Positions 8,241 through 17,310 are shown, numbered from the stretch's first letter. The stretch is 51,207 bases of DNA from an uncultured Candidatus Nitrosotenuis sp. (GCA_964542205.1 CAZITM010000002.1:1-51207); one strand, 5' to 3'. The notes: generated by a model from the sequence alone, not told the origin. A program made the numbers and translations.

Positions 8241-8687
8241 GTGGGCAAAAAAGCAGTAGCAGTGATAATTGCCATAATAGGCGTAGTCGTATTTGGATAT
8301 ACACAGTACGCGTCGGCATCGCAGATAAGCGCTACAGTCACAAACAGCGAACTCTTGGAAAAATCCTCAAGCGGATCGCTGTACAACCTAGAGCTCCAGT
8401 TCAACAACCCGTCACTCCTTGTCCTCACTGCAGGCAACACGGAATTTACAATATCTGCAGACGACGACAAGCTTGGCCAGGGCACACTTGATCCCTTCAT
8501 GCTGCCGGCACTTGGCAAAACAACAACAAGCGGAGTGTGGCTCAAAGAACACAGTGCAAGCTCCGAAAACCCGCAGGTAAAGATCCACGGCGTAACAAAA
8601 TACCAGCTGTTCTTTACATCGATAGATGTTCCATTTACCTACTATCCTACGCAGGATCAAACTAGGGAATTTATACACGACACATAA
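8241..8687 (+). CDS. Membrane-anchored LEA_2-like hypothetical protein
   Basis: N-terminal TM helix; 'LQFNNPS...EFTISADDDKLGQG'. Confidence 0.6.
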   Translation: MGKKAVAVIIAIIGVVVFGYTQYASASQISATVTNSELLEKSSSGSLYNLELQFNNPSLLVLTAGNTEFTISADDDKLGQGTLDPFMLPALGKTTTSGVWLKEHSASSENPQVKIHGVTKYQLFFTSIDVPFTYYPTQDQTREFIHDT

Positions 8688-8698
8688 TTCGCCAAGTA

Positions 8699-9592
8699 AT
8701 GCTTACCATTTTCGGCTCTACTGCGCTAGACACAATCCGGACTCCAACCAGGGTTCTCCGTGACGCTTTAGGTGGCGCCGCGACTTTTGCCGGCATATCT
8801 GCCAGCTTTTTTGTCAATACTGGTCTGATTGCAGTTGTTGGCACCGACTTTCCCGTAAAATACAGAAAAATTTTGCAAAAACACCTTGACCTAGATGGAT
8901 TTGTGACAAAAAAAGGCAAGACATTCCGATACGACGGCAGCTATGATAGAACACTCAGCAAAAGAACCACGAACAAAACCGAGCTAAACGTTCTTGGCAG
9001 CTTCAAGCCGGAAGTACCGGACAAGTACAAAAAATCAGAGTTTGTCTATCTGGCAAACAACGACCCAGACCAAAACTCGTCGCTGATAAGGGAATTTGAC
9101 AACGTCAAGTTCTCAATGTGCGACACCATAGAGTACTGGATTGCCACCAAACGACAATCGGTAATCAAGATGATACAGTCAGTGGATGGCATAGTAATAA
9201 ACGACGAAGAGGCAAAACTGCTCACAAAAGAACACAACCTGATCAAGTGCGCAAAGAAAATGCAAAAGTGGGGGTCAAAATACGTCATCATCAAAAAGGG
9301 GGAGCACGGCTCGCTTTTGTTCTTTGAGGACGTGATATTTCCGTCTGTAGCGTTCTCACTTGAAGACATAGTAGACCCTACCGGAGCCGGAGACTCGTTT
9401 GCAGGCGCGATGATAGGACATCTGGCAAGTAAAAACAGCACAAGTCTCTCTGAAATAAAAAAGGCAGTAGTATATGGAAATGTCCTTGGCTCGTTCGCAG
9501 TTGAAAAATACGGCCTTGACGGTTTGCTGAGCCTTAGCAAATCAAAGATAGAGTCAAGGGCTCGCAAGTACCAAAAAATGATCGACTTCTGA
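8699..9592 (+). CDS. PfkB/ribokinase-family carbohydrate or nucleoside kinase
   Basis: LGGAAT, INDEEA, KKGEHG and DPTGAGDSFAG signature motifs. Confidence 0.92.
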   Translation: MLTIFGSTALDTIRTPTRVLRDALGGAATFAGISASFFVNTGLIAVVGTDFPVKYRKILQKHLDLDGFVTKKGKTFRYDGSYDRTLSKRTTNKTELNVLGSFKPEVPDKYKKSEFVYLANNDPDQNSSLIREFDNVKFSMCDTIEYWIATKRQSVIKMIQSVDGIVINDEEAKLLTKEHNLIKCAKKMQKWGSKYVIIKKGEHGSLLFFEDVIFPSVAFSLEDIVDPTGAGDSFAGAMIGHLASKNSTSLSEIKKAVVYGNVLGSFAVEKYGLDGLLSLSKSKIESRARKYQKMIDF

Positions 9593-9624
9593 AAGGTTAT
9601 AGAGAAGCTGATTAGTTTCTGATC

Positions 9625-9954
9625 ATGGACAGACTGGAACAAATTTTTTCCTTGCAGAAAGGTCTTGCGGACATGATGGATCTGAGCAGGTATCCAAAGG
9701 ATGTCGAAGGAAGGATCGCCGCTCTTTGCACCGCGATAGTGCAGGAGGCCTCGGAGCTGCAGCGCACTACAAACTGGAAGTGGTGGAAAAAACCAACACC
9801 ATTCAACATCGAGGAAGCAAAAGAGGAGCTAATCGACATATGGCACTTTGTAGTGCAGGCATCGCTTGAGCTGAACCTCACGCCTGATGACATCGTAGCC
9901 GAGTACAAAAGAAAAAACGAGATAAACCGAGAAAGGCAAAGAAACGGCTACTAG
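9625..9954 (+). CDS. Dimeric (all-alpha, MazG-like) dUTPase-family NTP pyrophosphatase
   Basis: ExxE, WKWWK, EELIDIWHF and YKRKNEINRERQRNGY motifs. Confidence 0.88.
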   Translation: MDRLEQIFSLQKGLADMMDLSRYPKDVEGRIAALCTAIVQEASELQRTTNWKWWKKPTPFNIEEAKEELIDIWHFVVQASLELNLTPDDIVAEYKRKNEINRERQRNGY

Positions 9955-10427
9955 GCCAGCTCCACTGTCGACCTGATCTCGTCCAAGTTCGTTTTTCCCA
10001 CCATGTCGATTATTTTGACTTGGCTCTGGAACCGTCGTATCTCGGATTCGGACGATGACAGTACAGGGTCTGGGCTTGGAGAGTTGATTATTCTGCCATC
10101 TTTGTCTATGCCGTATTTATGAAGCAGGAGGAGGGAGCGGCCTGCCAGGTGGCCTGACACCTCATTGCCACAAACAATTATGGTATCAAGTGTTGGATTT
10201 TTTATTGTGTATTTTACCAGTGCGTCTATCCCTTTGTTTTCCGATAACAACCTTCCAGCAACTGCGACTTTTTCCAAAAGACCTGACTCTGCTATCTGCC
10301 TCAATAGGCCCATGCTTGAAAGCGTGCAGATCCCGATATTAGAACGATTGTTGCCGTAAAAGACCTCATCGTGGATTGGAATGAGTACTTTACAAATCTG
10401 TCCCGCTATCTCTAAAAACGGATTCAT
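9951..10427 (-). CDS. Soluble MtrA-like corrinoid protein (H4MPT S-methyltransferase subunit A homolog)
   Basis: ICTLSS, AVAG..SENKGI, NP....IVCGNEVSGHLAG.SL..LH..GID..GRII, RFQSQV; no C-terminal membrane anchor. Confidence 0.8.
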   Translation of the reverse strand: MNPFLEIAGQICKVLIPIHDEVFYGNNRSNIGICTLSSMGLLRQIAESGLLEKVAVAGRLLSENKGIDALVKYTIKNPTLDTIIVCGNEVSGHLAGRSLLLLHKYGIDKDGRIINSPSPDPVLSSSESEIRRFQSQVKIIDMVGKTNLDEIRSTVELA

Positions 10428-11509
10428 GAAACAACACTGCGAATAACCTTGGCAGTAAGTTCAAGCTGGTCTTGCGTGACCATCGGCTGCACAGGAAGTG
10501 ACAGGACATTTTTTGCAGCCCACTCTGTGACTGGTAATTTGGTCTTGACATTGTAAAACGGTGTCTTATGGACAGGTGTGCCATAGTATACTGTTGCGCC
10601 GATCCCCCTCGCGTTGAGCCTTTTTAGCATCTTGTCTCTTGAGCTGCTTGCTATGGTGTAAAGATACCAGTTGACCCTTTCATACCTCCTCTCGCCTGGA
10701 AGAGACACGTCTAATCCTGACAAAAGCTCGCCTAGTATCTTTGCATTTTTTCGTCGCCTTCGCAAAAATCCTGGGAGCTTTCTCATCTGGACTTTGGCTA
10801 TTGCGGCACTTATCTCAGGGAGTCTGAGATTTAGGCCCAAAATTCTTGTGTCATATCCGCGAACCATCCCGTGATTTCGTATCATGAGGAGCTTGTCTCG
10901 CAGTTTTTCATTGTTTGTTACCACTATCCCACCTTCACCAGATGTCATTACCTTTGCAGCATATAGGCTAAAGCAGCCAAGCTCAGAAAATGTTCCGGTC
11001 TGTTTTCCCCTGTATGTTGATCCCATTGACTGTGCGGCGTCTTCTATTATGGCCAGGCCCTGTTTTTCTGCAATCTCCAAAATCTCGTCAATATAGGCCA
11101 CATTTCCATACAGGTGGACTGGAATGATCGCCTTTGTCTTTTTTGTCATCTTCTTTTTGAGGTCTACGGGATCCATGGTATAGTTGTCCCTTAGAACATC
11201 GACAAAGACAGGCTTTGCACCTACAGATACGACGGCGTTTGCGGTGGCTACAAAAGTAAAAGACGGTATAATGACCTCATCTCCCTGTTTTATGTCAAGC
11301 GTGTAGAGGGCTGCTTGGATGGCAGCAGTGCCGGAATTGACTGCAACTGCATGCTTTGATTTTACAAAAGAACAGACAAGCCTCTCAAACTCTTGAACGT
11401 TTTTTCCACCTAGGTTGGCAGCAGAGGTCAGTGCACCGCTGCGGAGAACTGAAACTACTGCGGAGATCTCCTCTTTTCCAAGAAAAGGCAGGTTGATGGG
11501 CATCTTCAT
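10424..11509 (-). CDS. DegT/DnrJ/EryC1/StrS-family PLP aminotransferase
   Basis: AVNSGTAA, PSFTFVATAN, PVHLYG, IEDAAQ, FSLYAAKVMTSGEGG. Its stop overlaps the mtrA-like start (ATGA). Confidence 0.93.
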   Translation of the reverse strand: MKMPINLPFLGKEEISAVVSVLRSGALTSAANLGGKNVQEFERLVCSFVKSKHAVAVNSGTAAIQAALYTLDIKQGDEVIIPSFTFVATANAVVSVGAKPVFVDVLRDNYTMDPVDLKKKMTKKTKAIIPVHLYGNVAYIDEILEIAEKQGLAIIEDAAQSMGSTYRGKQTGTFSELGCFSLYAAKVMTSGEGGIVVTNNEKLRDKLLMIRNHGMVRGYDTRILGLNLRLPEISAAIAKVQMRKLPGFLRRRRKNAKILGELLSGLDVSLPGERRYERVNWYLYTIASSSRDKMLKRLNARGIGATVYYGTPVHKTPFYNVKTKLPVTEWAAKNVLSLPVQPMVTQDQLELTAKVIRSVVS

Positions 11510-11513
11510 GAGT

Positions 11514-11680
11514 TGTCTTTCCGATCAGCTCTAGTGAACTACCACTCGCTAAAGCCCGTGGCTTCCTGCTTCCCCGACCCCACCAGGATCTCTGCAGGCG
11601 TAACTTCCCGTGGTTCCCACGGTAGGCAAAAAATCTCAAGTCCCTTTTTCAAAATGTTGATTGCGGCATTATGATCGCGA
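11514..11680 (-). ncRNA. Predicted TnpB omega/reRNA (scaffold overlapping the tnpB 3' end, plus flank-derived guide)
   Basis: Established TnpB architecture. Hairpin CCGTGG-GAA-CCACGG (11608-11622) and the right-end hairpin. Guide would begin at 11533 (TAGAGCTGATCGGAAAGACA). The 5' boundary is a guess. Confidence 0.55.
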
Positions 11681-12810
11681 TCTAAAACCAGGCCGCACGC
11701 ATCGCATTTGTGAGTCCGAACTGCCAGTGATTTTGGCACCGCATGTCCGCATCTGGAGCAGTCAACGGTGGTGTTTCTTGCCGGAACCTCGACCAGAACG
11801 GTCTTGTAGTCCAGCATCATTCCAAATGTGCCCCATCCGGAATCCAGGATGCTTCTTGCCAGGGAATGATTTTGCACCATGTTGAGTTTTGCCAACCTTT
11901 CAACAAACACGACATTGTATTTTTTTGCGTACTGTGTTGAGAGCTTGTGCAAAAAGTCTCTTCTTTTGTTTTTGATTTTTTCGTGGATTGCCTGGTACCA
12001 TTTGACTGCCTTTTTGCGGTTGTTTGAGCCTTTCTGCCGTCTCGATATCTTTCTCTGGATTCTTCTTAATGGTTTTAGCATCTTTTGCAGGTTCATGGGG
12101 TTTGGCGTTTGGTATCCGTCTGAATCATATGCAAAGTTTTTGATTCCTACATCAATTCCGACCGATTTTGCTAGATTGATTTTTGGCAGAACTGCATCGA
12201 TTTCACATGATACGCAAGCATGCCATTTACCTGTTTTTGGTTTTGATATCGTGATCTGCTTGATTGTGTGATTCCCTGGAATGTCTCTATGTTGCATGAT
12301 TTTGATCTTTCCTATTTTTGAGAGGTGCAAAAAGCCGTCCTTTATTTCAAATCCTGACTGGTTGTACACAAATGTATGATATTCAGAGAATCTTGCAAAT
12401 TTCAGCTTGCCTGTTCTGTGTCCGTTTTTTTGCAGCTCAATTAGTGATTTTTGTGCGCCTTCTACCTGCGTCGATACCATCTGGAGCATCTTGGAGTGAT
12501 GGTCATAGAGCCATTGTTCCGATTCCTTTAGCTCTGCAAGAAAATAGTTCAGGTCGTTTCTTGACTGGAATCCTTCTTTGTGTATTTTTTCGACCATGGT
12601 ATTGTAGACCCACTTGCATACTCCAAGGGTGCGGTGCAGTTTTTCTGTTTGCTCTGAATTTGGGTACAGTCTGAACTTGTATGTCCTTGCCGGCACGTCA
12701 TGGTATCAGGTGCGGGAGCCTAAAAACACTTTTGCTGTGTTCACAGCTGATCCGAGGTTGGCTCGCTTTCATCCCGACCGTAAACGGTTCAGGTCTTCCC
12801 GCTCGCATTC
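11534..12810 (-). mobile_element. Non-autonomous IS200/IS605-family element (TnpB only, IS1341-like)
   Basis: Left end (minus strand) TTTAT|GAATGCGAGCGGGAAGACCTGAACCG-TTTA-CGGTCGGGATGAAAGCGAGC. Right end GAAGCCACGGGC-TTTA-GCGAGTGGTAGTTCAC|. Both ends have TTTA-loop hairpins. No tnpA and no target duplication. Exact boundaries are inferred. Confidence 0.8.
11539..12696 (-). CDS. tnpB: RNA-guided endonuclease TnpB
   Basis: YKFRLYP N-terminus, RuvC-I GIDVG, RuvC-II VFVERL, zinc finger CSRC/CDAC, RuvC-III DRDHNAAINI. All three catalytic acidic residues are present. Confidence 0.95.
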   Translation of the reverse strand: MPARTYKFRLYPNSEQTEKLHRTLGVCKWVYNTMVEKIHKEGFQSRNDLNYFLAELKESEQWLYDHHSKMLQMVSTQVEGAQKSLIELQKNGHRTGKLKFARFSEYHTFVYNQSGFEIKDGFLHLSKIGKIKIMQHRDIPGNHTIKQITISKPKTGKWHACVSCEIDAVLPKINLAKSVGIDVGIKNFAYDSDGYQTPNPMNLQKMLKPLRRIQRKISRRQKGSNNRKKAVKWYQAIHEKIKNKRRDFLHKLSTQYAKKYNVVFVERLAKLNMVQNHSLARSILDSGWGTFGMMLDYKTVLVEVPARNTTVDCSRCGHAVPKSLAVRTHKCDACGLVLDRDHNAAINILKKGLEIFCLPWEPREVTPAEILVGSGKQEATGFSEW

Positions 12811-12870
12811 ATAAATCTCATCAAAAAATCTCGACAATTTTTATATCTAGACGGAGAAAGCGGAGATTAC

Positions 12871-13437
12871 ATGAAGGTACACCATCTCCAGGAAACCGAC
12901 AAGGGATACAAAGTGTTTCTGTATATTTTCTACGTCTGCGCTTTTCTGATGGCATCTATTACCATATACGGAGTATACGCAATGATGGAAGAATGGAAAA
13001 AAAACGGTACATATGTCATGGGCGAGGTGCTGGTAAAAACCGAGTTTCCGTTTCCGCACTTTGCGAAGCTGATCACATGGCTTTTCTTTGCCACAATAAT
13101 TGGGTGGTACTGCGTCTCCAGAATAGGCTGGAAGAAAACCACAAAACTCTATTCTTGGAAAATGGCGCTTTTGCAGCTTATGCTTCTTGGCTTTGTAATA
13201 ATTTGTCTGTACGAGCTGATGTACAATTTCACGGTTCTCAACGCACAGATCGCCGCCGGCATACAGAACGGCCAAGTTCCAGACATTGATTCTCTTACCG
13301 TCGCATACCCGGATCCGCAAAGGCCGTGGAATCTGATCTTTGCAACAAAAATATTTTTTGTGGCGTTTGTGATCTCGGCGCATGCTCTCTATCTGAGCAC
13401 GAGGCCTCGAAAATCGCTTGACGAGCTGGAACACTAA
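12871..13437 (+). CDS. Hypothetical integral membrane protein (about 4 TM)
   Basis: Four hydrophobic segments; TTTTATAT TATA box at 12839-12846. Confidence 0.75.
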   Translation: MKVHHLQETDKGYKVFLYIFYVCAFLMASITIYGVYAMMEEWKKNGTYVMGEVLVKTEFPFPHFAKLITWLFFATIIGWYCVSRIGWKKTTKLYSWKMALLQLMLLGFVIICLYELMYNFTVLNAQIAAGIQNGQVPDIDSLTVAYPDPQRPWNLIFATKIFFVAFVISAHALYLSTRPRKSLDELEH

Positions 13438-13478
13438 GCTGGAAAAACGTTTAAAACAAATCTACAAATGTCTCATCT

Positions 13479-13952
13479 ATGACAAAACCCGTCCCAGATG
13501 GTTATGGTACCATCACTGCGTCACTCATAGTGAGAAACGCGGCAAATGCCATCGAGTTCTACAAAAAGGCGTTTGGGGCACAAGAACTCCATAGATTTCC
13601 GGGGCCTGATGGAAAAGGCATAATGCATGCGGAGCTTAAAATTGGAAACTCACGCGTAATGCTATCTGATGAAATGCCTCAGATGAACTGCCGCTCGCCG
13701 CAGTCGCTTGGTGGCACGGGAATCTACATCTACATGTATGTCGAGGACGCAGACGCAACCTTCAAGGCTGCAGTTGCAGCCGGTGCCACACCTACAATGC
13801 CGGTAATGGACATGTTTTGGGGCGACAGGTTCGGCCAGATCCAAGATCCATTTGGGCATATTTGGGGCATCGCCACTCACACAAAAGACATGTCCCTAGA
13901 AGAGATCAAAAAAGCAGGCCAGGAATTCCTCAAATATATGCAGCCGAAATAA
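13479..13952 (+). CDS. VOC/glyoxalase (PhnB-like) family protein
   Basis: AIEFYKKAFGA, MHAELKIG and DMFWGDRFGQIQDPFGHIW motifs. Confidence 0.92.
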   Translation: MTKPVPDGYGTITASLIVRNAANAIEFYKKAFGAQELHRFPGPDGKGIMHAELKIGNSRVMLSDEMPQMNCRSPQSLGGTGIYIYMYVEDADATFKAAVAAGATPTMPVMDMFWGDRFGQIQDPFGHIWGIATHTKDMSLEEIKKAGQEFLKYMQPK

Positions 13953-14014
13953 CTCGAGCCGTTTTCTCGATTTTTTCTATAGCTTTATAGTGTTTGTAAT
14001 CAAAGTCAACTGGA

Positions 14015-15052
14015 ATGGATGTTGCGCAAAAAGTAGATCTGGTGTTACGGCCTCCTACAGAGGAGATAGTGACAAAAGAGGAGCTCACAACTTTATTTGA
14101 GACAAACCCAAAGCCGCGGCACTATATCGGCCTTGAGCTCTCCGGATTTTTGCACCTCGGCAGCCTCATAAGCACCGGCTTTAAGATCAATGACTTTCTA
14201 AAGGCAGGAGTCCAGTGTAACGTATTTCTGGCAGACTGGCACACGCTGATCAACGACAAGCTTGGTGGGAGCTGGGAGACAATCACCAAGGTTTCAAACT
14301 ATTACGAAAAAGCATTTCAGATAGTATGTCCTGGAGTGCAGATAATCCGGGGAACAGACCTCTATGATGCCCACAAGGAATACTGGAAGGATCTGATCCA
14401 GTTCACAAAACACATGTCGCTTGCAAGGACGATGCGAACCCTGACGATCATGGGAAGAACTGAAAACGAGGAAAAAATAGACCTCTCTAAACTCTTGTAT
14501 CCGCCCATGCAAGCAGTCGACATACACACTATCGATGTAGACATTGCACACGCAGGAATGGATCAGAGAAAAATACACATGCTTGTGCGGGAAATATTTC
14601 CAAAAATGAAGTGGAAGGTGCCTGTGGCAGTCCACCACGCCCTCCTTCCGGGACTGACAGAGCCTGTATCTGCAGACGACGCAGGCACAAAAATGTCAAA
14701 ATCCAAGCCCGCCTCGGGCATCTTTGTTCACGATTCTGACGAGGAGATCCGCTCAAAAATAAAAAAAGGCTGGTGCGAAGTCGGCAACACAAACAACCCA
14801 ATCCTACAGATAGCAAAGCACATCGTATTTCACGAGTTTTCCGAAGTCGCTGTGGAAAGGCCTGAAAAGTTCGGCGGAAACGTCACATTTGCAAACTATT
14901 CTGAGCTAGAGTCGGCATTTTCCGGCGGTAAGCTCCATCCCTCCGACCTAAAACAAATGGTGGCAAACTATCTCATAAAAATAATTGCACCGATCCGCGA
15001 CAAGCTCGCACTAGACGAAGACCTGTACAACACGATAAAAAACAGCGCTTAG
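14015..15052 (+). CDS. tyrS: Tyrosine--tRNA ligase (archaeal type)
   Basis: YIGLELSGFLHLGS (HIGH-like), YPPMQAVD, GMDQRKIH, KMSKS, LHPSDLK. Confidence 0.95.
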   Translation: MDVAQKVDLVLRPPTEEIVTKEELTTLFETNPKPRHYIGLELSGFLHLGSLISTGFKINDFLKAGVQCNVFLADWHTLINDKLGGSWETITKVSNYYEKAFQIVCPGVQIIRGTDLYDAHKEYWKDLIQFTKHMSLARTMRTLTIMGRTENEEKIDLSKLLYPPMQAVDIHTIDVDIAHAGMDQRKIHMLVREIFPKMKWKVPVAVHHALLPGLTEPVSADDAGTKMSKSKPASGIFVHDSDEEIRSKIKKGWCEVGNTNNPILQIAKHIVFHEFSEVAVERPEKFGGNVTFANYSELESAFSGGKLHPSDLKQMVANYLIKIIAPIRDKLALDEDLYNTIKNSA

Positions 15053-15822
15053 TTTGTCTGCAAATTATACTTTGATGTATAGCCACGCGGGTTTATCATC
15101 AAGTTTTTGAAATTGTATGTAGACGAGTTTCCAATTATTACTGTGCTTATCATGCCGAGCTTGTCGGCATGTTCCTCCATGTTTTGAAGATCCGTGATGA
15201 CTACTGTCTGCGAATCGCGGTATGCACCCTTGATTATTGCAACCGGCGTCGTCGGCTTGCGGTACTTTAGTAAAATCTTGCGCGTGTCTTGGAGCTGGTG
15301 GATTCTTTTTTTGCTTGATGGATTATAAATCACAATCACATAATCGCCCTGTGCTGCTGCCTCTACTCTTTTTACTATGATCTCCCATGGAACCAAAAGA
15401 TCGCTCATGCTGACTACAGCAAAGTCAGTCATCAGCGGAGAGCCTATCAGCGATGCGCACGAGTTCAGTGCAGAAACGCCTGGCACCACTTCGACTTGCA
15501 GGCCTGTCTTTGGATCCCAGCCTGCCTCTGCAAGGGTTTCATAGATAAGACCGGCCATGCCATAAATCCCCGGGTCGCCGCTTGAAACAAGGGAAACTGT
15601 TTTTCCCGCCATAGCAAGCTCGATGCACTGTTTTGCGCGCTCTACTTCCTGCGTCATTGCATACCTGTGAATTTCTTTTCCCTCGATGAGATCCTCGACC
15701 AGACTGACATAGGTATCATAACCTACTATGGTGTCGCTTTGCTCAATTACCTGCTTTGCTCTAAATGTCATGTGGTCGTGGCTCCCGGGGCCGACTCCAA
15801 CGATGAATAGTTTTCCTGTCAA
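15049..15822 (-). CDS. cbiH: Precorrin-3B C17-methyltransferase
   Basis: VGVGPG, VSSGDPGIYGMAG, SMSDLLVPWE, YNPSSKKR and INPRGY motifs (CobJ/CbiH). Confidence 0.93.
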   Translation of the reverse strand: MTGKLFIVGVGPGSHDHMTFRAKQVIEQSDTIVGYDTYVSLVEDLIEGKEIHRYAMTQEVERAKQCIELAMAGKTVSLVSSGDPGIYGMAGLIYETLAEAGWDPKTGLQVEVVPGVSALNSCASLIGSPLMTDFAVVSMSDLLVPWEIIVKRVEAAAQGDYVIVIYNPSSKKRIHQLQDTRKILLKYRKPTTPVAIIKGAYRDSQTVVITDLQNMEEHADKLGMISTVIIGNSSTYNFKNLMINPRGYTSKYNLQTN

Positions 15823-15848
15823 GAATACTAGTTCTTCAAAATGATAAT

Positions 15849-17285
15849 TTATCCTTTGTTGGATCTGTCAGGCTCTACTATTGGACAGTTTATGATGTGA
15901 TCCTCACTTAGTGGTCTTGCAAGAGTGATGGAAATGTCTCCGTCTGACTTTTTGTTGTTGATATCATCCATGTTTTCAAGAATAGTGGGGCTCTTTTGGT
16001 CCTTCCATTCCACAATTGAAACGCGGCACACTGGAACGTAACTCTGATCCAACTTTAAATCTAGGACGCTCGCCTGGAACCCAAGCGGCCCAGAACCCTT
16101 GATTCCGTTTTTGAACTGGTACATGTCTGAAAACGCCTTTGACGATAACACCTTGGCAAGCTTTTGCGATACCGGCACTCCCATGATACCAGCAGGGCCT
16201 TTTGGCGTCGCATCTGGAATTATGTGATAAAGTGTCCTGCCGTCGGCACCCCATGCTCTATGTGCAATAAACGTGACCTTTTTTTCGTCCCTGTTTATTT
16301 GCAGAACCTGAGTTTTATCAAATTCCTCCGATATTGTTCCGTTTTTTGCCAAGAGCTGTCCGCCGGGCCATACCACTTGCGGGGCATTGATTGTGACGTT
16401 TGTCCTTGTTAGCTTTATTCTGCTACTGTTTTCTGCCTTGAGGATTTCTTCTACAGAGCTCAAAACTTGCGGTTTTTGACCTACCTTCCAAGATACCAAA
16501 ACCAAATTGCGCAGAGGGCTGTAGGATTCCTGGCCAGGGCTGCTGGCAAAGACCTCACTTTGGTATCCATAGATTCCGTCACCCCGCTCACCGTTTGTAA
16601 AGACATAGAGAGGATCCTGCGATGAGGCAGGCGCCCATCTGAGCTTTGGCGCAAACTGCACCTTCCAGTCCTTTGATGCCTTTTCTGCAACGGTCTGGTT
16701 GCTAGAGTCCGTGACGATATAGTAGACAGGCTCTTTTGCAAAAAAGCCGGCCCGCATAGGTATTGTTATTGGGACGTGTGGATCGGAGAGGAAAAACGCA
16801 TCCTTCTTTGGCTCTATCTTTTGTACTGCTATCTCGGTTGGTTGGCCCCTTATCCACCCATCGATACTTGCTGTGACCGAAAACTGGTTTTTGCTCCTAA
16901 ATGCAAGAGCCGCGCCGGTGAACTCGACAGAATCTGCCCTCCTTGCTGGTTCTATGACACTCATTGCGTAAACGGTATTGCCATCAACACTCCATGTCGG
17001 CAGGCCCCTGGCATCTGCCTTATCCAGCTCATGCAATATCACAACCTCTACTGGTATGGTCGCCGTAAATGTGACTGAACCATCATAAAGACTCGATTTG
17101 TTTGGAGACAAGACCAGCACAAACTGCCCTGTCTGGCCAATGCCTGGGTCATCTGATGATGTCATTGTCTTTGTAAAGTGAACCTTGCTTTGCGGCTTTG
17201 CAACTGCCAAAGGATCGGAAAAATATGTCGTTGCTACTATTGCTACTGCAACCGCAACTGCAAAAACAATGAAAATCTTGTTCAC
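15849..17285 (-). CDS. Secreted or membrane-anchored hypothetical protein with an internal tandem domain duplication
   Basis: Start re-assigned to the GTG at 17285 (MNKIFIVFAVAV...). Two copies of Y.I..D...Y.F.NG..G.G..G.Q..V....SY.P.....V.WK...IN.P. Confidence 0.75.
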   Translation of the reverse strand: MNKIFIVFAVAVAVAIVATTYFSDPLAVAKPQSKVHFTKTMTSSDDPGIGQTGQFVLVLSPNKSSLYDGSVTFTATIPVEVVILHELDKADARGLPTWSVDGNTVYAMSVIEPARRADSVEFTGAALAFRSKNQFSVTASIDGWIRGQPTEIAVQKIEPKKDAFFLSDPHVPITIPMRAGFFAKEPVYYIVTDSSNQTVAEKASKDWKVQFAPKLRWAPASSQDPLYVFTNGERGDGIYGYQSEVFASSPGQESYSPLRNLVLVSWKVGQKPQVLSSVEEILKAENSSRIKLTRTNVTINAPQVVWPGGQLLAKNGTISEEFDKTQVLQINRDEKKVTFIAHRAWGADGRTLYHIIPDATPKGPAGIMGVPVSQKLAKVLSSKAFSDMYQFKNGIKGSGPLGFQASVLDLKLDQSYVPVCRVSIVEWKDQKSPTILENMDDINNKKSDGDISITLARPLSEDHIINCPIVEPDRSNKG

Positions 17286-17310
17286 TGGTGATCGTGGCTT
17301 GGCAATACGT

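Noticed and set aside
12739-12757. GTTCACAGCTGATCCGA on the + strand near the element's left end resembles the right-end/guide junction GTTCAC-TAG-AGCTGATCGGA, suggesting self-targeting or autoregulation
   Set aside because: The match needs a gap or three mismatches including seed positions, the adjacent motif is GTGTT rather than TTTAT, and the site lies upstream of the predicted tnpB TATA box, so outside the mRNA. Probably chance.
12681-13434. Long alternative ORFs (202 aa +, 195 aa -) that might have been a tnpA
   Set aside because: No HUH/Y1 or serine-recombinase motifs. They overlap the element's left end and the real membrane-protein gene.
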